A stretch of 58,791 nt of DNA, counting the filler, from Barthelona sp. PAP020 (lineage: Eukaryota): NCBI GenBank assembly GCA_040182905.1. It is 4 parts of 4 records of this genome, joined end to end, with 100 filler letters (N's around TTAATTAATTAA, not from the genome) between each part and the next. Parts side by side here need not be neighbours in the genome. Positions count along the whole stretch, not along the records: positions 44,458 to 58,791 come from JARQWU010000302.1; 3 more parts are not named here. The stretch is one strand, 5' to 3'. The translations under genes and the position numbers were made by a program. Of the stretch, positions 54,301 through 58,791 are shown piece by piece. The notes under the pieces are model-generated. The model worked only from the letters and a program-made list of their open reading frames with translations. It was not told where the DNA came from and made no database searches. Numbering within the stretch: the first letter of the stretch is position 1; each line of letters opens with the position of its first letter.

Positions 54301-55179
54301 ATATTTGATAATTTTTAAACTTGTAACTCGTTCTTCAATCGTTGATTCTTTATCAAAATAAACAAGAAAATAACCAACCAAAAGATATCCCATACTTTCA
54401 CTTTCATGAGATTCCCTGGGAAAGCCTTCCGGTTCTTCATCATCAATAAACTTTTGATGATGATATTTGGAAACTTGTCCAATGAAATTTTGTAAAGTTT
54501 GAATCAATTGTTTAGGTGGTAATTTCTTTGTGAAACTCAATAAAATATTTTGATCTAACTGATTCTCAGATAGTTGTATTGTCTTTTTTGCATCGAAAAA
54601 ATTCCAAATGTTCGAAATCTTATTTGTGAATTCAATGTATTCTTTGACCGATTCATTCTTATAATGAGCTTGTAAAACATCATTTAAAATCTTAATATTA
54701 TCAAAATATTCATCCTTTTTCTCAAAAACTTTCAAACATTGAATAATTTCATAAAAGGTTACCAAACCATTGAATAGAATATTTTTATACAAATCAACAG
54801 TTTTAACCTCTTTTGTGTATTCAACACATATTTTCAATGCTTCTTCCAAAATCAAATAATCATTTGAATTAACAGATTTTAAAGATAGACATTTTGCATA
54901 ATTAAATTTAGCTTGAATAAACACTGAATCACACATGGGACAATCCTTAAAAAATATATTGTAAAGAAAAATGGCTTCTTCATATTCACAAAAATTTAAA
55001 TATTTTACACACAATAATGGTATCAAACTTAATAAATATCTTTTTCTTGAAATATCTTCAAATCTTTGTAAATTTAATGAAGAAAGTAATTCAATTTTGA
55101 ATTCATTCAATTGTTTAATATTATTTGAAGATAAAACATTGGATAATTGTTCCTTCGCATTCTCAATAGAATCAAACAT
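48382..55179 (-). CDS. CFAP46: Cilia- and flagella-associated protein 46-like (central pair C1d), about 2265 aa
   Basis: Very large helical-repeat protein. VFIQAKFNYAKC...YKNILFNGLVTFYEII resembles the CFAP46 N-terminus (YYFLVYNASVLYWQMV), and KVLIDPFYE lies near the C-terminus. First ATG is at 55179. Confidence 0.65.
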   Translation of the reverse strand: MFDSIENAKEQLSNVLSSNNIKQLNEFKIELLSSLNLQRFEDISRKRYLLSLIPLLCVKYLNFCEYEEAIFLYNIFFKDCPMCDSVFIQAKFNYAKCLSLKSVNSNDYLILEEALKICVEYTKEVKTVDLYKNILFNGLVTFYEIIQCLKVFEKKDEYFDNIKILNDVLQAHYKNESVKEYIEFTNKISNIWNFFDAKKTIQLSENQLDQNILLSFTKKLPPKQLIQTLQNFIGQVSKYHHQKFIDDEEPEGFPRESHESESMGYLLVGYFLVYFDKESTIEERVTSLKIIKYFSNCLNQNMNNVLIRALNEDFRALITLIELPISYRKKSEELMKQKIHIQHLIDNTSILINNKRFDIAYYVLKLTWNYLLNFSQQDLIVELKMFGIEQAKKIQAFLVYLGVFDNIFITNVNLFIVENLHSVNCFTEAISISKKALSYEYTSCEDDMVFWSLKKIYNRRLEQLRYYSTVKNDIYQVQTTFYDKAIQMFTQLNNYTDKEVIVMTAMGIIEQLDFAIEIEEKKLLEETMKGGIEEQRVLSRLSVTNNDNLPGGKHGKKKTGSSSKEKEKIIEIEEFDPIQPIRLIVEMLWTLIRKVWFVSKNVEVTETGIVLFNRGLKLIKNRTNDLLFYQIEINLIETEILLLDMKFKQALTEYSAMIDKMDVLKDLNHSFVINIIVQIVSNLKEFIHFLNYETYLKDLDINLLSKILKYFNNLDQLNIAKIINEESSTFISFYELLLSVCELSLLEDEKSIEKINGRIYYTQNIRENFKTFEENAKKKKDILIEVIKLINLEHFEEVNFIKLPLILESLSRLSISTGQQVLVGNNEWLKTFLEIEKNICLKTFKTFEIFDHPLLNILIGHFSFGFSTEFPNEVLKFLNDKDIVLKQDHFCILKEIAHSEAILRGRKENLDSFQHSLISKEAIEHLIFAGKCSLELKEEESFEIILDYWLHCCQNVAYIETFAEHLNSITDMILEALKTFEIDCLEVDPSEFQTMVLLVLYWIKSCGSAQGKEYLMNVSKKLEKFYNYFPQKFYLNLLQAQIKIVSLLDLPIETILHRVANLAPQTKAAIYASIAENSNESSEQFLALFNAVKVLPSGSTCEKAKIFSLLARIFSRENQSSKAKECLDLSNYLLLQIEQRFINLKLTDEVFEEKTTTSSSNNMTSFLQKSSNYSSSLVSSRLNSSSMKSSRKSTRSRKTILLDVEIDHEILTTKQTFQIVENYLNLYNISKNLKYLKSCVYFIYHLIKKNYLTLELIEDENVEKDKEPWFEMPEFRPKIPKHFIPMPENFETFKIEKPSVNSSNAMLDAFLISTKNLSLPHTFRICLDLLQHLSSYAEEEKKLRWVIIKFLEILDDGSFDLYLRMYKLNVDNRMNSKDEEELNNYIEIKNNVFEELMNKIGNLQSYNQYRSEITHFTSSSSSCSSIFDTPELMTDYLFLQMSKLLLNLDEIDLMYLTLKQALQIAITMKHERIEGDIYVYLAKCSDLMCQEKQACTYLLKAIEKPIYHETIKMLISLLVKYVDLSIILNLFENDDSKLEIINREFIYRIKIEYFIEKFDILESFDDFMDIIEAFSIIEEEHYLKDEELLNYCEKIQFKCLNEIIKHLGYISLSNLKHICLNMLKINDIVQKSCHDHQQQFIKCIFLILKTFLEYLFANESITPIFPNIKGKDDKAIKQFLFVDQNPLNPSTNNQLALIILKKILKQTQNDQANDVDFAKNDLFNQLLYNASKTLQLMIKYHITDEEDRNVEKFKQSLDEQTECFMSLINNLQIDEYSVLHQFVLLLTNQIFFVSGRLMENNELVSFTSCIIQYCESNSEILEKFTNIQKKYNSTVECLITEQGSWKKGNKFYKNLKKHLPKNNIFKSFEIRKHLDEFLKERSFYLHFTLFNNNFIQIMKIDKELCVTVLNEDSAEILLKLLEYQQIQYSETLKIRANSKLNLETFDSVYTEHIDKYNKNLIDMCIALNLQHFMEFFLENLKSLKVFYILLKPSQISYAISFYFEQLLIERQKEVIFAKDFSMILLYNKFLAKNEDSTSVNDHKKVLIDPFYEEKERKEIEKVFEDSHSDSLNIINLTSHDDYTKMFSVINNVSNEKITDNSSKKKDSRKGKKPSKNSTIDEAEGFNSAENYIIISQNLFLERILPMHLFSLNSNVKSLILLDSNESEEMATRQNLKNAKLTPEILENNNWMTLALWASVRNVQHLLCRTFFVPKKVQKDHITKVANNCENIFSQISKFNTNNNSEFTLIGYVDEPDDKETSSNKK

Positions 55180-55739
55180 CACTAAATTAAACAATTATAT
55201 CGTAAAAAAATATCTTAAAAATGTCATTTTTCGGTTTTTCTTTTTTTGTTCATTTGAGCCTTTTTTTTAAACATATTTATCCATTCTATATTATTTAAGG
55301 ATTAATTTTTATGTTTTTTAACTGATAGAATTCATTTTCTCTCTATTTGACATAGAATTTAGTTTCTGAGGAATCTCGGTTCAAATTGAAGACTTTTTAT
55401 CAAAATAAATAAATTTTAAAAGATTTTATTTGAAAATGGACAAAGTTTCTTACACTCTATTGTCTTCTTTCTTTCAATTGTCTATGTGAGTTGGTTTATT
55501 GGCACCAGGGGTCCTTTTGATAAATTATTTTTTTAAAGGTGTGAGTTTATGTTCATTTTTCGTCATTTGGTGAACAAATACAGAAGACAAAAAAAAAAAG
55601 AAAAAATAAATCTTTATGTTTAACAAATAAACAACCAAACACCTGATATATGATTATGCGACAAATATTTGAAAATATAAACAGAATAATTTGGAAAAAT
55701 TAGCAAATTAGGAAACTAGCAGACATAAGATTTGATTGC

Positions 55740-57026
55740 TTAATTTGGCAAAAAAGTTACATGAATATTTTTATCAACTTTTCGAAGATCATTTTCCTTT
55801 ATCAAACAACTTTTAATTTTATCATCCCTTACAATCAACAAAGAATAATTTTTTAGAATAGATTTCTCATCTTTCAACTTTGGAGGTCTGATTTTTTCAC
55901 ATTCTTTTGAATTTTTCAAAGTTTTCATTTTTTTTGAATTTTTCAAAGTTTTTAAAGTTTTGGAATTTTCTTGTTCTTCAGCAGAATCATTGAACGAATT
56001 TTGTCCTTCGTTTTTAGATATACATTTATTTTTATTTTGGGTATCATCTTCAGCAAATTCAGTAAATGAACTAGTTTTCAACTTTTTAATTTTCGGTATA
56101 GCATTTTTAGCCTTACTTAATTTCATTGTTTTTTTGGAAATCTTTGAATCAACAACAGTATTTTCCCCAGATTCAATTAGTGGCTCCCTTTTTACTGGAA
56201 TGAGATCGATATTTTTGGAAGTCTGAGAATTAGACTGTTGACCTTTGACATCTTTAACATTTGGTTTCTTAACTTTGAATTTTCTGGTGAAATTAGGGAC
56301 TTTTAAAACGTATACCGGTGGTTTTTGAATAATTGCTGTTTTATTTGATTGTTTCACTTGAAAATGCATTAATAATTTGCAGTAAGCATCAAAACACAAA
56401 TTTAGTGAATTTAATGGTCTTTTTAACAATTTAATTTTTGAATGTCGACCTAATAAATCAATCCCATGTTCAATATTTAATAAATTGGTATTTAAGTCTG
56501 TTAAAAGAGTAGCTATTTCATTAATCTGATTCTTCGTTATCCAATGCTTTTCTCTCGTTTGATCTAATAGAAACAAATCATTTGGCTTGAAAATTTCCAC
56601 ATTTCCATCCGTAAATATAATTGGTTTTGCTAAACCTTGCTCAGTACAATGAAATATTAATTCCTTATAATCAACAGTATTCAAATATTTATTCATTATG
56701 CAATTATCATAAACAACTCCTAATAATTTCCCATAAACATTTTTTCCAATAATGGGAATTGTAATATCATCTTTAAACCAAATAATTTCATCATTTTCAC
56801 AAAAATCTCTGAATTTTTCTAAAAAAGATTTAAATGTTGCTATTTGACATGTAGAATATATAATCTTATGATCATTACAATCATTACTATCATTAAATTG
56901 GAAAGTAAGTATTACATTGTTTCCTATTAACAAATTAGAATTTAATTCAACAAATCCTTTGTTTTTTAATGATTGAATAAATTTTTTTAATTGTTCAGTT
57001 GTATTTGAACATTTCAAAAGCGGCAT
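55740..57026 (-). CDS. Hypothetical protein, 428 aa, Lys-rich C-terminal half
   Basis: Long ATG-initiated ORF. No family recognised. Confidence 0.72.
   Translation of the reverse strand: MPLLKCSNTTEQLKKFIQSLKNKGFVELNSNLLIGNNVILTFQFNDSNDCNDHKIIYSTCQIATFKSFLEKFRDFCENDEIIWFKDDITIPIIGKNVYGKLLGVVYDNCIMNKYLNTVDYKELIFHCTEQGLAKPIIFTDGNVEIFKPNDLFLLDQTREKHWITKNQINEIATLLTDLNTNLLNIEHGIDLLGRHSKIKLLKRPLNSLNLCFDAYCKLLMHFQVKQSNKTAIIQKPPVYVLKVPNFTRKFKVKKPNVKDVKGQQSNSQTSKNIDLIPVKREPLIESGENTVVDSKISKKTMKLSKAKNAIPKIKKLKTSSFTEFAEDDTQNKNKCISKNEGQNSFNDSAEEQENSKTLKTLKNSKKMKTLKNSKECEKIRPPKLKDEKSILKNYSLLIVRDDKIKSCLIKENDLRKVDKNIHVTFLPN
55905..55952. repeat. Short in-frame tandem duplication (27-nt period) encoding KTLKNSK twice
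   Basis: TTTTGAATTTTTCAAAGTTTT at 55905-55925 and 55932-55952. Confidence 0.7.
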
Positions 57027-57213
57027 CCAATTAAAACATTTGAAGCAGGTAAAATAATTTGATTGTTTGATTTTATTGAAACTTGATACAAAATTTTAAT
57101 TAAAAACAAATACATTAATTTGTGATCAATATTATTCGTTGAATTAAAACATTGAAAAGGATAATTTTTTCAACCATTTTTTTTTGTGAGATAGTTGAAT
57201 TGAATAATTGAAT

Positions 57214-58791
57214 ATGAACATTAAACCATCCCTTTATAATATTGAAAAAAAGATGTTTCAACCTTTAATTGAAGAATACGAGATATTTTTCAATTATGTA
57301 ATATCTGCAACAGATTCGATTAAAACTGATCTTTCTTCATTATTATATCCTATCTTTATACGCATATGTTATGATTATATGAATGAAATTTATAAAACTG
57401 AAGAAGATCGTGTTGTATTTTATAATTTTTTTAAAAACAAACATGTTTACTTTTTGAAAAATCATAAAGAAGAAATAGTAGCATTTATTAATCAGTTTAC
57501 AACTGGTAGAATTGATAACACCAATAGTCTTTATCCTTTATGTATTGAAACAAACGAAAATGATCTAATATTTGAATCACAATTTGAAATAAGTGAATAT
57601 GCAAAGAAGTGCATTGATGCCTTTTGTAGAGAACACAAATTGGGATTTCTTCGGAATCTCATTTTTTGTTATGAACAATCTATAGCAAGAGACAGTAAGG
57701 CTTTGATTAGAACCGAGCCATTTCGAAATAAGAATAATCCAAACATGAACTATAAATATCAAGACATGATTACCACTGAGCATTTACCTTTTCAAAAGAA
57801 AGAACCTTATGTGAAGAAGGAAAGTAATCCGATTGGGTTACCATGGTTTGATCCTTTATTTTTAGCTGAATATAAGCGTTTTTATGATACTTCCCCTTTT
57901 TTAAAGGGTTTAAATGAAGATTCTTCAACAGATTTTTCAGAGTTAATCAATGCTTTGACTATTCGTGTCACTTGCTTGCCTTCATATATTACGGTTCAAA
58001 CTGTTGATACTTTTGGTTTGAATGCACTCTCTGGAACTTATAGGGGAGTTTGTAAGTGGTATAATATGGCATCTAAAACTGTTAAAGATCTTTGTGGACA
58101 TATAGGCCCAATCACTGCAGTTGCGTTTTCTGTGGATGGGCAATACGCTGTTACAGCCGGCTATGATTGTAAAATATTGATGTGGCGTTTTGATCGTAAC
58201 GAAATTGTTCCAGTTCGTGAAATTGTTGCTGAAGCCCCTGTATTATCTGTTGATTTCACCATTGACAACCGATTATTGGTTTGTGGATGTTCAAATTGCA
58301 AGGTGTATCTTTATCCATTGCAATCAACTCATAAAGTAGCCCTCAAACCCATTATCTTGAACACACTCTTCACTGTTCCAGAAGTTGTAAGAGCTCATCC
58401 TTCGTCTCGTCAATATGATAATACTGTGTACAGATATCTGTTTGTTGCAACAAGTGCAAATACAATCAAATGTTATAAATTAGCATTGGGGAGTAAGAGT
58501 GATGGCTCAATTGTTCAATCGTTTGTTTTGCCTGAAAATGTGGGGGTTATCACATCAATGGAAATTGCTCCAAATGGGTTGATATTGGCTGTAGGTACTT
58601 CTTTTGGATATATGATCATCTTTAATCTTGAAACAAAAGAAATTGACTTTAATCTACAAATATTTGACAAACATCATGTTACTTCCATCAGTTTTAATAG
58701 TCTTACTAACGTTATTGCATTAGGTTCCACAAATTCATTGGTCAAATCATTCAAAATCGTTACTGGAAAAAAGAATTCCTTTGAACCCCTT
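57214..58791 (+). CDS. TAF5: TFIID subunit TAF5-like (NTD2 + WD40), runs off the window edge
   Basis: Not in the ORF track because it has no stop in the window. From ATG 57214: EEYEIFFNYV...KTDLSSLLYPIFIRICYD (TAF5 NTD2), then LCGHIGPITAVAFSVDGQYAVTAGYDCKILMW (WD40). Confidence 0.8.
   Translation, partial: MNIKPSLYNIEKKMFQPLIEEYEIFFNYVISATDSIKTDLSSLLYPIFIRICYDYMNEIYKTEEDRVVFYNFFKNKHVYFLKNHKEEIVAFINQFTTGRIDNTNSLYPLCIETNENDLIFESQFEISEYAKKCIDAFCREHKLGFLRNLIFCYEQSIARDSKALIRTEPFRNKNNPNMNYKYQDMITTEHLPFQKKEPYVKKESNPIGLPWFDPLFLAEYKRFYDTSPFLKGLNEDSSTDFSELINALTIRVTCLPSYITVQTVDTFGLNALSGTYRGVCKWYNMASKTVKDLCGHIGPITAVAFSVDGQYAVTAGYDCKILMWRFDRNEIVPVREIVAEAPVLSVDFTIDNRLLVCGCSNCKVYLYPLQSTHKVALKPIILNTLFTVPEVVRAHPSSRQYDNTVYRYLFVATSANTIKCYKLALGSKSDGSIVQSFVLPENVGVITSMEIAPNGLILAVGTSFGYMIIFNLETKEIDFNLQIFDKHHVTSISFNSLTNVIALGSTNSLVKSFKIVTGKKNSFEPL

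Noticed and set aside
1..58791. CRISPR arrays, rRNA, tRNA, transposase or RT genes, inteins, operon-like clusters, and the many short nested or antisense ORFs in the track
   Set aside because: None seen by eye. The short ORFs lie within or opposite longer recognised genes, and adjacency across linkers is artificial.

Overview
AT-rich, very gene-dense eukaryotic nuclear DNA from a flagellated protist (ciliary genes KATNIP and CFAP46). The intron style resembles metamonads, but the organism cannot be named from sequence alone. It uses the standard genetic code: TAA, TAG and TGA all end recognisable genes. The window is not one locus. It is four separate scaffolds of about 14.3-14.8 kb joined by artificial N44-TTAATTAATTAA-N44 linkers, plus one real 472-N scaffold gap. 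About 30 protein genes are present. Three are missing from the ORF track: histone H4 at the left edge, WASHC3 at a linker and TAF5 at the right edge. Two (a Rab and SRP54) need 36-46 nt spliceosomal introns with the branch point close to the 3' splice site. Best leads: ribosomal protein eS31 fused to a 64-aa non-ubiquitin UBL, preceded by an oversized structured 5'-UTR intron; a 373-bp hairpin-rich segment between 30-bp direct repeats; a dispersed repeat shared by two scaffolds next to assembly breaks; a nested-stem RNA candidate beside H4; shortened splicing factors; and extreme gene packing (13 bp head-to-head, 2 bp tail-to-tail). No complete novel multi-gene system can be demonstrated from this sequence alone.
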